Shown here piece by piece: positions 8,949 through 17,677 of a stretch of 64,000 nucleotides of DNA. Under the pieces are notes generated by a model. It worked only from the letters and a program-made list of their open reading frames with translations, ran no database searches and had not been told where the DNA came from. The position numbers and the translations under genes were made by a program. The stretch is taken from NCBI GenBank assembly GCA_017395105.1, contig JAFPWD010000002.1, forward strand, positions 38,336 through 102,335, written 5' to 3'. The DNA is from Clostridia bacterium. Its GTDB lineage: Bacteria; Bacillota; Clostridia; Christensenellales; CAG-138. How positions within the stretch are numbered: the first letter of the stretch is position 1; each line of letters opens with the position of its first letter.

Positions 8949-11900
8949 ATGAAGCACTCGTTTAAAAAAATTGTGTCGCTGCTTATCGCGGCGATCATGG
9001 TCTTCGGCGTATTGCCGTTGTCCGCTCTCGGCGCCTCCGAAGGAGTGATCGAGATTCCCGTTGAGGAAGTTATAACTTCTGATACAGTCAATGAAGCTTC
9101 CTTCGACAGCGCAATGAGCACTGACGGAAGAACCTTCGGCCACGTACACACCGAACGAACCGGCGGACATGCTCTCACCGAAGCCTATCTGAAGGGCGAA
9201 CTTGAAGACACCCGCGATCCCCTCCCCGCAAAGTACGACAGCCGCGATTACGGCTACATTTCCTCCGTTAAGAACCAGAACCCCTACGGAACCTGCTGGG
9301 CGCACGCTTCCGTTGCCGCTGTTGAGGCATACATGGTCAAGCACGGCATCATCAACGCTCAGACCGGCGCTGCCGCAACCACCAGCATGAACCTTTCCGA
9401 GTATCATCTTGCATGGTTCAACTACACCAGCGCTTATGACAAGCTCGGAATGCTCACCGGCGATAAGACCACACCTTCCTCCAGCTACCTTAACCTCGGC
9501 GGAACGGCGTATCATTCCACCTATACCTTCCTGCGCGGCACCGGCCCCGCTGCCGAAAGCACCTCTGCGCTTGCTTACAGCGCGGCTTCCTCCTCCGGTC
9601 TCAACTCGCAGTACGCATACAACTACAACGTTGCCCGCGTTACCGACGTTGTGTGGATCCCCACCTCCAACAAGGATGCGGTCAAGAGAGCCATTATGGA
9701 ATACGGCGCGGGCTACATTGCCTACTACCATTCCGACAGCTACGTATCCAGTGCCGGCGGCTATTGCTACAAGGGCAACCAGTATGCTAACCACGCCGTT
9801 ACCGTTGTTGGCTGGGACGACAACTACGCAACCAGCAACTTCAATTCCAGCGCAAGACCCAGCTCTCCCGGCGCATGGATCATCAAAAACTCCTGGGGCT
9901 CCAGCTGGGGCAGAAGCGGCTACTTCTACCTCTCCTATGAGGACGTTCCCTCCCGCAACGAAGACTGCGCGTTCTACAAGGCTGTAAACTCCGATGTTTA
10001 CACCAACTGCTATCAGTACGACGGCACCACCAACGACACCAGCAGCAGGACGCTTGGCAACAATGCTTCCGTAGCAAACATCTTCACCGCAAAGGCCAGC
10101 GAGACCATCACCGCGGTTGCGTTTGCTCCCGGCGATGAGGGCACCAGCTACACCATCAAGGTTTACAAGAACCTCTCAAGCTCCACCAACCCCACCTCGG
10201 GTACCCTGATGTCCACCAAGACCGGCTCCGTGGACTTCCCCGGTTATCACACCGCCGTTCTCGACACCCCCGTTTCGATCAGCAATGGCGAAACCTTCTC
10301 CGTAGTGGTCACCCTCAGTGTCCGCTCCGGCTCCGTCCACATGCCCTACGATGCTTCTGCAAATTACTCTTGGGTTACCTGGACTCATAAGAACAACGGC
10401 AACACCTCCTACTACAAGGAATCAAGCAGCAGCTCATGGACCGATTGCCCCAGCAACGGTGACTTCCGTATCAAGGCTTTCACCGGCGTTGCTCAGGCTT
10501 CATACAGCGTAAACGCTCAGGTAAACAACAGCTCCTACGGTTACGTTCAGGTAAGCGGCAACACCATCACCGCCAATCCGTACAGCGGCTACTATCTTGC
10601 TGATGCATACATCGTTTCCGGCGACGGCACTCTGAATGTCAGCGGCAACACCATCACCGTAGCTCCCTCCTCCGATTGCACCGTAATGGTAGTTTTTGCT
10701 CCGAGGCAGCTCGTTACGATCAACCTCTACGCCTGCGGTATGCCCGAGAGCTACATCAACGCATACAGCGGTGATACCGTCCAGCTTCCCGATGGCGTAA
10801 GCTTCATTCCCGACGGTTGGAACTTCATCGGCTGGTGCGAGACCACGATCAATGACAGCGGCGAAGATGACGATATCAAATCCGCTCCCAACTACTATCG
10901 CCCCGGCAGCTCCTACGTTGTCGGCAACTCCTACGCGCTCTATGCACTTTACTCCATGGTTGAAGGCGGCGGCACCGGTGAAACCGTTTACCAGCTTGTA
11001 GCCGGCAGCAGCGACGAACGCGGCGAATACGACGGCCGCTACGTCATCACCTCCGGCGCGGACAGCAACCTCACCGTGCTCAAGTCTCCCGGAACCACGG
11101 TTTCGCTCGAGAGCGCAAGCGCTGGCGGCGCCATCCCCTATGCAAGCACCGGCATGCAGCTTGACGGCAATATGCTCCGCAATGTTTCCGATGAGTACGT
11201 ATTCGACATTACGAGCACCGGCTCAACCTACACCATCATCAATGAAGCGACCGGTTGCTACATCGGTGCATACACGGACACCCTTTGGAATCTCGATTCG
11301 GATTACAGCGCTTCCCAGTGGATCAACTGGAATATCGAATACGATAGTGCTTATGGCTGCATGAAGCTTGAGAACAATGTTGGCGGCGAATCGTATCCCT
11401 ACCTCGTGTTGGGCAACAATTCGTACTTCATCATGAGCAACACCTACACCAACAACAAGACCTATCTGTGGAAGGAGACCGGCGCAGGAACGATCAGCTA
11501 CAGCACCAACCCCTACGGTCCCATCGTGCCCGATCCCACTCCCGAACCCACCCCCGTACCCACTGCAGTTCCCACCGCGGTACCCACTGCTGTTCCCACC
11601 GCAGTTCCCACCGCAGTTCCCACCGCGGCTCCCACTGCGGCTCCCACTCAGACTCCCACGGCTCCTTCCGCTCCCACCGGCGTTACCGCAGGTCTTGTAG
11701 ACCGCAAGCCCTACATTGCATGGAATGCTTCTGCCAATGCGATGACCTATCAGATCTATCGCAGCGCTAAGAAGACCTCCGGCTTCAAGCTTGTCAGCAC
11801 CGTGTACGACACCTCGTTTGTAGACACCGCTCAGCTCACCGGCTTTAAGACCTATTACTACAAGGTAAAGGCTGTGGATGAGTTCGCAAGAGAAAGCGCC

Positions 11901-13025
11901 TTCAGCGCAGTGGTCAACGTAACAACGTTTGGCCTTAACGCTCCGATAAGCATAAGCACATACCTTATCGATAATATGCCCACCATTGAGTGGTCCGCTT
12001 CCGATAATGCGACGAACTATCAGGTTTATCGCAGTAAGTCGATTTCCAGCGGATATACGCTCATCGGAACGGTGTATGATACTTGCTTCACCGATTGCGA
12101 TACGCTGACCCCTCTTACGACTTATTACTACAAGGTTCGCGCACTTGACGATTTCGGCACCATCAGCGCATACAGCGATGCCACAAGCGTGCTTTCGTAC
12201 GGCGTAGCAACTCCCTTGAACATCACCGCAGATCTTGTTGACCGCCTCCCCGCGATAACCTGGAGTCCCGCCAGCAACGCAACGAACTATCAGGTTTATC
12301 GCAGCGCGAAGCAGACCAGTGGCTACATGCTTATTGCAACGGTATACGATACCTCCTTTGTGGACACCGAGTCGCTTACCGGCAACAAGAAGTATTACTA
12401 CAAGGTCCGCGCGGTTGATGATTATGGTGTAGTCAGCTCGTTCAGCGACATAGTAAGCGTTGTAACGTTTGCTCTGCTTCGCCCGGAAAATGTGAATGCG
12501 ACCCTCTCCGACCGTAAGCCCACGATCTCATGGAATCCTTCGCAGTATGCTTCGGGCTATGAGGTTTACCGCAGCACCAAGTCCTCAAGCGGCTTCAAGC
12601 TTGTCGGTCTTGTGGAAGACACGGTCTTTGTCGATAATGCGGCGCTCACCGGCCTCAAGAAGTATTACTACAAGGTTCGCGCGATCGACGAATACAATAA
12701 CACCAGCTCGTTCAGCCCCGTTGTTTCCGTAGAAACTTATGGAATTGGCAATACGACTGGTGTTAACGCAGGTGTCTTTGATGGTATTCCCCATATTTCA
12801 TGGAACGAAGCCACGAATGCCGTTGGTTATCAGATCTACCGCAGCACCAAGAGCGCAAGCGGCTACAAACTTATCGGCACCGTATACGACACTTCCTTCA
12901 CCGACCTTGCACTCCTGAGCGAAGGCAAGACCTACTACTACAAGGTCCGCGCGTTTGACGAATTCGGAACGAACGGAGCTTGGAGCTCGGTAGTTTCGGT
13001 ACGGATCGAAAGCGATATCAAATGA
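8949..13025 (+). CDS. secreted papain-like (C1 family) cysteine peptidase with accessory beta-domains, PT linker and 5 Fn3-like repeats
   Basis: Signal peptide MKHSFKKIVSLLIAAIMVFGVLPLSALGA. NQNPYGTCWAHAS carries the Cys codon at 9294-9296. YANHAVTVVGWDD carries the His codon at 9792-9794. WIIKNSWGSSWGRSGYFYLSYED is present. A Listeria-Bacteroides-type repeat (GWNFIGW...LYALYS), a (A/V)PT linker at ~11521-11665 and 5 YQIYRSxK...YYYKVRA modules follow. Confidence 0.85.
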   Translation: MKHSFKKIVSLLIAAIMVFGVLPLSALGASEGVIEIPVEEVITSDTVNEASFDSAMSTDGRTFGHVHTERTGGHALTEAYLKGELEDTRDPLPAKYDSRDYGYISSVKNQNPYGTCWAHASVAAVEAYMVKHGIINAQTGAAATTSMNLSEYHLAWFNYTSAYDKLGMLTGDKTTPSSSYLNLGGTAYHSTYTFLRGTGPAAESTSALAYSAASSSGLNSQYAYNYNVARVTDVVWIPTSNKDAVKRAIMEYGAGYIAYYHSDSYVSSAGGYCYKGNQYANHAVTVVGWDDNYATSNFNSSARPSSPGAWIIKNSWGSSWGRSGYFYLSYEDVPSRNEDCAFYKAVNSDVYTNCYQYDGTTNDTSSRTLGNNASVANIFTAKASETITAVAFAPGDEGTSYTIKVYKNLSSSTNPTSGTLMSTKTGSVDFPGYHTAVLDTPVSISNGETFSVVVTLSVRSGSVHMPYDASANYSWVTWTHKNNGNTSYYKESSSSSWTDCPSNGDFRIKAFTGVAQASYSVNAQVNNSSYGYVQVSGNTITANPYSGYYLADAYIVSGDGTLNVSGNTITVAPSSDCTVMVVFAPRQLVTINLYACGMPESYINAYSGDTVQLPDGVSFIPDGWNFIGWCETTINDSGEDDDIKSAPNYYRPGSSYVVGNSYALYALYSMVEGGGTGETVYQLVAGSSDERGEYDGRYVITSGADSNLTVLKSPGTTVSLESASAGGAIPYASTGMQLDGNMLRNVSDEYVFDITSTGSTYTIINEATGCYIGAYTDTLWNLDSDYSASQWINWNIEYDSAYGCMKLENNVGGESYPYLVLGNNSYFIMSNTYTNNKTYLWKETGAGTISYSTNPYGPIVPDPTPEPTPVPTAVPTAVPTAVPTAVPTAVPTAAPTAAPTQTPTAPSAPTGVTAGLVDRKPYIAWNASANAMTYQIYRSAKKTSGFKLVSTVYDTSFVDTAQLTGFKTYYYKVKAVDEFARESAFSAVVNVTTFGLNAPISISTYLIDNMPTIEWSASDNATNYQVYRSKSISSGYTLIGTVYDTCFTDCDTLTPLTTYYYKVRALDDFGTISAYSDATSVLSYGVATPLNITADLVDRLPAITWSPASNATNYQVYRSAKQTSGYMLIATVYDTSFVDTESLTGNKKYYYKVRAVDDYGVVSSFSDIVSVVTFALLRPENVNATLSDRKPTISWNPSQYASGYEVYRSTKSSSGFKLVGLVEDTVFVDNAALTGLKKYYYKVRAIDEYNNTSSFSPVVSVETYGIGNTTGVNAGVFDGIPHISWNEATNAVGYQIYRSTKSASGYKLIGTVYDTSFTDLALLSEGKTYYYKVRAFDEFGTNGAWSSVVSVRIESDIK

Positions 13026-13075
13026 TCGCCGCTCGATCATACCCGATCCATAACCGATAATTAAAACAGAAAAAG

Positions 13076-13123
13076 GGGCTGCTGCACAAGCAAATAGCTT
13101 GCGTGCAGCAGCCTCTTTCTTTT
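13076..13123 (+). terminator. Rho-independent terminator
   Basis: Stem ggctgctgcac/gtgcagcagcc followed by tctttcttttt. Its sequence is closely related to the terminator at 1739-1785. Confidence 0.8.
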
Positions 13124-13431
13124 TGGGCTCAATGTCAATAGTTGGGGTTCAATGTGGAATTTACTTTGGAAACTCACCATGAATAAATATTATTTTAAAC
13201 AAAAGATTAAACGATAAGGTACAATAAGTTACGCAAATTCAGAATCCGTCCGGCGGGCGGATAAAAGAATAGGCATGGTTCTGACCGATTGGTAAAATAG
13301 AGTTACCACAACAAAACTTACCGGGAGGTCAGAACTACCGCATAGATGAAGCGCAAAAGCGCATCACGGTTGCGCGTGTTGTTTATGGCGGCAGAACCCA
13401 CTCGCTTCTGCTTGAAAAGGATACAGAAGCT

Positions 13432-14571
13432 TTAAACGAGCGATAGGTACTTGCAAAGCCTGTCGTTCACCGTTTCACGCACCATTTCCGCAATTCCCCT
13501 TGCGCGCGATTCCTTTATTCCGGCCTTCTTTGCAACGGCAAGGATATCCTTCGTTGTGGGGTTTCGACCTTCTCCTGCAACTGTCGTTGCGTGTTCGCCT
13601 CCGATTGAGTTTGAGTATGTAAGATCGTAAGCCGGGGAAAGCCGCCAATTTCCTTTATGGTAAAGAAAACTGAAATTATTGGAATGATCGTCCCTGTTGT
13701 GTGCAAACACATTGAAGCACATCAGTGTAAACAGCTTCTCAAGCTCGGCGGCTTCCCTTGTAAGCTGCCAAGTGAGCGCCATGAGCGAGGTGTAATCAAG
13801 CGAAGGAATACGGTGCGAAACCTCGAGCAGAGCCGAGGCGGATGCCATGTGGAGCTTACGCACATCGGTTCCGTCATTCACCCTGTCAAAGCGCTTGCTG
13901 CCGAAATAGCCGGCGCATTTTGAAGAGGGAAACAGCTTTACATCGGGCACGTCGATCCCGCAGGCTTTGGCGCACAGGTTGTATTCGTATTCCATGAGCC
14001 CAATATCGTCCGGGTCGGCGGATGAGGGGAATTTGATTATCCAGTCGCCGTCATCGAGCGTGAGCATTACCTTCGGTCGAGCACCACCTGATGAGCCGCC
14101 AAGCGCGAAAAGCGTGTCCAGATCGTCTGATTCTTCAGAACGCAAAATCTTTTTGCATTCATCGGCAAGCCGATCCAGATCGTTGATCTCATCGGGTGCT
14201 TTCAAATCGTAAACAGGCTTGTATTCAAGTGCTCCCATGCCTGATTTACCGACAATGGAAAGCCTAAACAGGGGATCGGTCTTCGAAGGGTCGATTCCTT
14301 GCTTTCGGAGCATTCGGTCAACGAGCAGTCTGCCCCAACCATCGGGAAGGGAATCGAAAAAGATACCGAACAAGCCATTGAACGGATCGGGCTTTGCTAT
14401 TTTCACGCCATCCTCAAGCGGAAGCGAGAAGGGGCTTATGGAGAAGCCGTCATGAAGCCACTCGCGGGAGTATTCAAAGGCAGTCATGTATCTTTTGTAC
14501 GGAGCCATAGAACCTACATGACGACCCGAATAGTAAACTTGCAATCTTTCGACACTATTTACGGTTTCCAC
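13432..14571 (-). CDS. hipA: HipA-family serine/threonine kinase toxin (type II TA)
   Basis: GGSSGGARPKV motif and NRDDHSNNFSF catalytic-loop motif. It overlaps the upstream HTH gene by 17 nt. Confidence 0.85.
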   Translation of the reverse strand: METVNSVERLQVYYSGRHVGSMAPYKRYMTAFEYSREWLHDGFSISPFSLPLEDGVKIAKPDPFNGLFGIFFDSLPDGWGRLLVDRMLRKQGIDPSKTDPLFRLSIVGKSGMGALEYKPVYDLKAPDEINDLDRLADECKKILRSEESDDLDTLFALGGSSGGARPKVMLTLDDGDWIIKFPSSADPDDIGLMEYEYNLCAKACGIDVPDVKLFPSSKCAGYFGSKRFDRVNDGTDVRKLHMASASALLEVSHRIPSLDYTSLMALTWQLTREAAELEKLFTLMCFNVFAHNRDDHSNNFSFLYHKGNWRLSPAYDLTYSNSIGGEHATTVAGEGRNPTTKDILAVAKKAGIKESRARGIAEMVRETVNDRLCKYLSLV

Positions 14572-14839
14572 GGATTACCTCCTCGATCGATGCGGGAACG
14601 CTCTCAGCGAAAAGCGCGGTTATTTGCCCGTCCTCCCCGAGGGCGGATGCAAGCTTAACGAGTGAAACAAATGATATTTCGCCGCTGCTTTCAAACCGCC
14701 TTATTGTTGAGTATGGAACTCCGCTTTTCTCGCTCAAAGCCTTCAGCGTTATATTCTTTGCCTTTCGGACGCGCCTGAAACGCGCGGCAGCATCCACAAC
14801 AAGTTCGTATGGAGTTTTAAGAAGCATTCTCTTCACCAC
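14555..14839 (-). CDS. hipB: XRE-family HTH antitoxin (HipB-like)
   Basis: 94 aa with ITLKALSEKSGVPYSTIRRFESSGEISF helix-turn-helix. It sits immediately upstream of and overlaps hipA. Confidence 0.75.
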   Translation of the reverse strand: MVKRMLLKTPYELVVDAAARFRRVRKAKNITLKALSEKSGVPYSTIRRFESSGEISFVSLVKLASALGEDGQITALFAESVPASIEEVIRGNRK

Positions 14840-14843
14840 CTAA

Positions 14844-14878
14844 CGCTAATATTTTAGCACTATTTTATTTATATGTCA
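14844..14878 (-). promoter_or_regulatory. hipBA promoter with palindrome over the -10
   Basis: On the minus strand: TTGACA (14878-14873), 17-nt spacer, TAAAAT (14855-14850). The palindrome GCTAA-tatt-TTAGC (14844-14857) overlaps the -10. Confidence 0.45.
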
Positions 14879-14910
14879 ATTAAATGTTAATATGTTAGCC
14901 CTTGTTGAAC

Positions 14911-14940
14911 AAAAAGCCGCCGTATAGTTTTGCTGGCGGC
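14911..14940 (-). terminator. Rho-independent terminator (minus strand)
   Basis: Minus-strand hairpin gccgcc...ggcggc followed by TTTTTG. Confidence 0.5.
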
Positions 14941-15220
14941 CAATGTTAGGCATACGAAAGAAATGAATTCGTTAGAATACACGAGTGGTAAAGCGCATGT
15001 GGCGCTTGCCTAAGAGCCGGAGCATGATCGTACAGCTCTACCCTTCGTTTTGCTTTAGCACCTGCTCTGTTGATATAAACTGCAGGGATAGCATTGTTTA
15101 GATTTAAAACGATTATCCGCTCTTCGTTCTTAAAGTGTTGCAATCATAACGATGGCACGATGACGGTTTATTCATTATCAGCGGTTTGCGGGCAGTTGTT
15201 TCATAGTGTTGTAAAGAAAA

Positions 15221-15344
15221 TGTGGTAAAATGTGGTAAAATTGTCTGATGAGGCATGAAAAAAGACCGTTTAATTTGTTCAAAAGGGTTTGAAAAATGAG
15301 GATGTCGGCTTTTTGAAAGCGAAAACTGTGGTATAAATGTGGTA
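15221..15344. repeat. two pairs of helically phased TGTGGTA direct repeats
   Basis: TGTGGTA occurs at 15221, 15231 (10-bp phase) and at 15327, 15338 (11-bp phase), between the tRNA-Arg 3' end and hipBA. Confidence 0.6.
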
Positions 15345-15405
15345 GTAAAACGGACTAACAATTATAAAACGAAATCCCGAAAATCTGATGATTAACGGGA
15401 TTATT

Positions 15406-15482
15406 TGGCGTACCTGCCGAGATTCGAACTCGGGACCTTCAGAGTCGGAGTCTGACACTCTATCCAGCTGAGCTACAGGTAC
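15406..15482 (-). tRNA. tRNA-Arg (anticodon CCG), CCA encoded
   Basis: The reverse complement GTACCTGTAGCTCAGCTGGATAGAGTGTCAGACTCCGACTCTGAAGGTCCCGAGTTCGAATCTCGGCAGGTACGCCA folds as a cloverleaf. Features: 7-bp acceptor stem, anticodon loop CTCCGAC, T-loop TTCGAAT. Confidence 0.9.
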
Positions 15483-15595
15483 ATATTCGGTTTTGCGCTT
15501 AAAGCGAATAAAAGGGGCTTGCCTGCGTTTTCGGCGAAACAAGCCCTTTGGTTTTGCCGCATTCATGGGGCGAGGGCTATAGACCCCTTCGCGAA

Positions 15596-15949
15596 TCAGT
15601 TCTTGCAGCCGCAGTCGCAGCCTTCGCCGCACTCGTCGCCGCATTCTTCACAGTCGCAGTCCTCTTCATCGAAGCGAGCCTGAACGATCTCGATCAGCGC
15701 GTCCATGTCCTCATCGGCGGGGGAAACGAATTCCTCGGTGTCCTCGGCCTCGTTCACAACGATCTGCATGATGTAAACATCGGTCTCATGCTCGCAGTCG
15801 CAGTCCTCATCCTCGCAATCGCAATCCGCGTTTGCATCGATAAGCACGGCGTATTCCTTGCCGTTGTAGTCGAAATAGTCGATAACGTCAAGCTCGAAAT
15901 CGTTGCCGTCGTCATCAGTGAAGGTTACAAAATCTCTTTCCTCGTTCAT
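15596..15949 (-). CDS. DUF1292-family protein with acidic CxC-rich insert and tail
   Basis: AGGAG RBS before ATG 15949. FVTFTDDDGNDFELDVIDYFDYNGKEYAVL is the DUF1292 core. It also carries CDCEDEDCDCEHE and DCDCEECGDECGEGCDCGC. Confidence 0.7.
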   Translation of the reverse strand: MNEERDFVTFTDDDGNDFELDVIDYFDYNGKEYAVLIDANADCDCEDEDCDCEHETDVYIMQIVVNEAEDTEEFVSPADEDMDALIEIVQARFDEEDCDCEECGDECGEGCDCGCKN

Positions 15950-16036
15950 TGTGTGAACACTCCTTTCGTTTGGTGGAAAATCCATTCCTTAGCATTTTAC
16001 ATCATCTTGACACGAATTGCAACCGTTTTTTATGTC

Positions 16037-17677
16037 TCATTCATCCGAAAGATACCAATTTTTGATGCCGCGCAGCAGATAGGGCTCGCGAAGCGCGGTT
16101 ATCCCCTTGAGCTTGGCGGTGCAAACCACGCTGTTCAGCCTGAAATAGAGCACCAAAAACGGAAGCTGCTCGGTGAATTTGACCTCGAGCAGGCGGAATG
16201 CCTCGCGCAGGCTCTCCTCATCATCGGCGATGCGTATTGCCCTCAGCTCCTCGGCGAACACAACGCCCGAAAACCTGCCGAAGTTGTTGCTGCCGTCGGT
16301 GGTGAGATAGGAGCGCATATCGTTGGAGGCGGAAAGGTTGAAGCCCACGAGCGCAATATCCCAATCCATTGAGAGGAGCGCCTGCATAAATTCGCTTTCC
16401 GCTTCGCCGTAGCCGTGCGGCGCGGTGATGACCTTCACGGTTATGCCAAACTCACGAAGCTGAGAAGCGATCACGCTTGCCGCATCGGAGCGAGTGGTGT
16501 TGTCCGTGGTGCCGCTCGTCAGCAGCGTGAGCTCAACTGGCGTGACCCCGTTCATCAAAAGCCCTTCGTCGTTTTTGGTATAGCCGAGCTGCGCAAACAG
16601 CGCTTCTGCCGCGGCGGGGTCGTGGCTTATGAGGCTGCCGCCGCTGTAGAGCCATGAATCGGGGGGAACGGGCACGTCGCAGGCGCGGACGCGGTTCATA
16701 TAGATATTGGTGATTATGGGGCTGCGGTTTATCGCGCGGGAGAGCGCCTTTCGGAAATCCGCATCCATCGTGGGATGGCGGCGGTGGTTGAAAAGAAGCG
16801 TTTCCATGCCCTGCGTCATGTGGTCGATAACGTTCGTAACGCCGTTTTCACCGAAGCGGCTTGCGGATAGCTGCGCCGTTGGCACCAGATCGAGCTGACC
16901 CGCCGAATACGAGGCGAGCGCGGTGTCGTTGTTTTCACGCGCCAAGAATTCTATCGAGGAGATATACGGCGTTCTGTCCCACCAGCTTGCGTTGGCGCGA
17001 AGCATGATCCGTTCGTCGCTGTATTGGGTGACTGAGTACGGCCCCGTGCCGTTGAGAATAGAGCCGTCCGCCTTCTTGATCGGGAAATCGAGGGCGTACA
17101 GCTCAAGAATTCCTGCACTGCTCATGGTTATGCGAACGGTGAACTCGTCCACCTTGACCACGGATGCAACGGCTGAAAGCGTTTGCACATAATAGCTCTC
17201 CGCGCTGTGGCGCTTCAGGCTGTTGAAGGAATAGACCACGTCGTCCGCACAGAGCCTCTCGCCAGAGTGGAAAACTGCGCTCTCGCGCAGGCTGATGAGC
17301 CAGCTTCGCTCATCACCCGCAAAGCGGCTCCATTTCGCGGCAAGGCAGGGCGTGAGCTCGCCCGATTCGTTTACCGCGATAAGCGGCTCGTAAACGAGCG
17401 AAAAGAGCGCGAGCGATTCCTCGGTGCGAGCAAGCAGCGGATCGTAGCTTTCGTTTCCAACGCTCAGGTTTTCGGGCATCGCCATGCGAAGCAGTCCGCC
17501 GGAAACGGGAGAAAGCGATGCGGAGGGGGAGGGAGTGGACCCGGAATCATCGGGTGACTCGGTATCGCCCGAGCAGGCGCAGAAAACAAGCGCGAAGAAC
17601 AGTGCCGCCAACATGGCGCATAGAGCTCTTTTTAGGGGGAACGCTCTATTATCCGCGCTTGAGTTTGTATTTTTCAT
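16037..17677 (-). CDS. ABC transporter substrate-binding lipoprotein, family 5 (peptide/nickel type), orphan
   Basis: Lipobox-type signal ...FALVFCACSG and LVYEPLIAVNESGELTPCLAAKWS-type SBP_bac_5 pattern. The start is uncertain (ATG 17677 or 17701). No permease genes lie adjacent. Confidence 0.7.
   Translation of the reverse strand: MKNTNSSADNRAFPLKRALCAMLAALFFALVFCACSGDTESPDDSGSTPSPSASLSPVSGGLLRMAMPENLSVGNESYDPLLARTEESLALFSLVYEPLIAVNESGELTPCLAAKWSRFAGDERSWLISLRESAVFHSGERLCADDVVYSFNSLKRHSAESYYVQTLSAVASVVKVDEFTVRITMSSAGILELYALDFPIKKADGSILNGTGPYSVTQYSDERIMLRANASWWDRTPYISSIEFLARENNDTALASYSAGQLDLVPTAQLSASRFGENGVTNVIDHMTQGMETLLFNHRRHPTMDADFRKALSRAINRSPIITNIYMNRVRACDVPVPPDSWLYSGGSLISHDPAAAEALFAQLGYTKNDEGLLMNGVTPVELTLLTSGTTDNTTRSDAASVIASQLREFGITVKVITAPHGYGEAESEFMQALLSMDWDIALVGFNLSASNDMRSYLTTDGSNNFGRFSGVVFAEELRAIRIADDEESLREAFRLLEVKFTEQLPFLVLYFRLNSVVCTAKLKGITALREPYLLRGIKNWYLSDE

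Noticed and set aside
8862-9794. 310-aa minus-strand ORF overlapping the start of the C1 peptidase gene
   Set aside because: It is antisense to a gene with clear catalytic motifs. Its product is featureless and Gly/Ala/Val-rich.
15221-15344. TGTGGTA(A/T)A repeats as DnaA boxes
   Set aside because: The DnaA box complement is TGTGNAWAA. These repeats have T at the position that should be A, and the context (tRNA flank, no dnaA/dnaN) does not fit an origin.
13026-15405. Direct repeat of the tRNA-Arg 3' end that would delimit an integrated island
   Set aside because: I could not find a second copy of the tRNA 3' segment (cgagattcgaac...) anywhere in the window by eye. The island idea is therefore kept only as a low-confidence inference.
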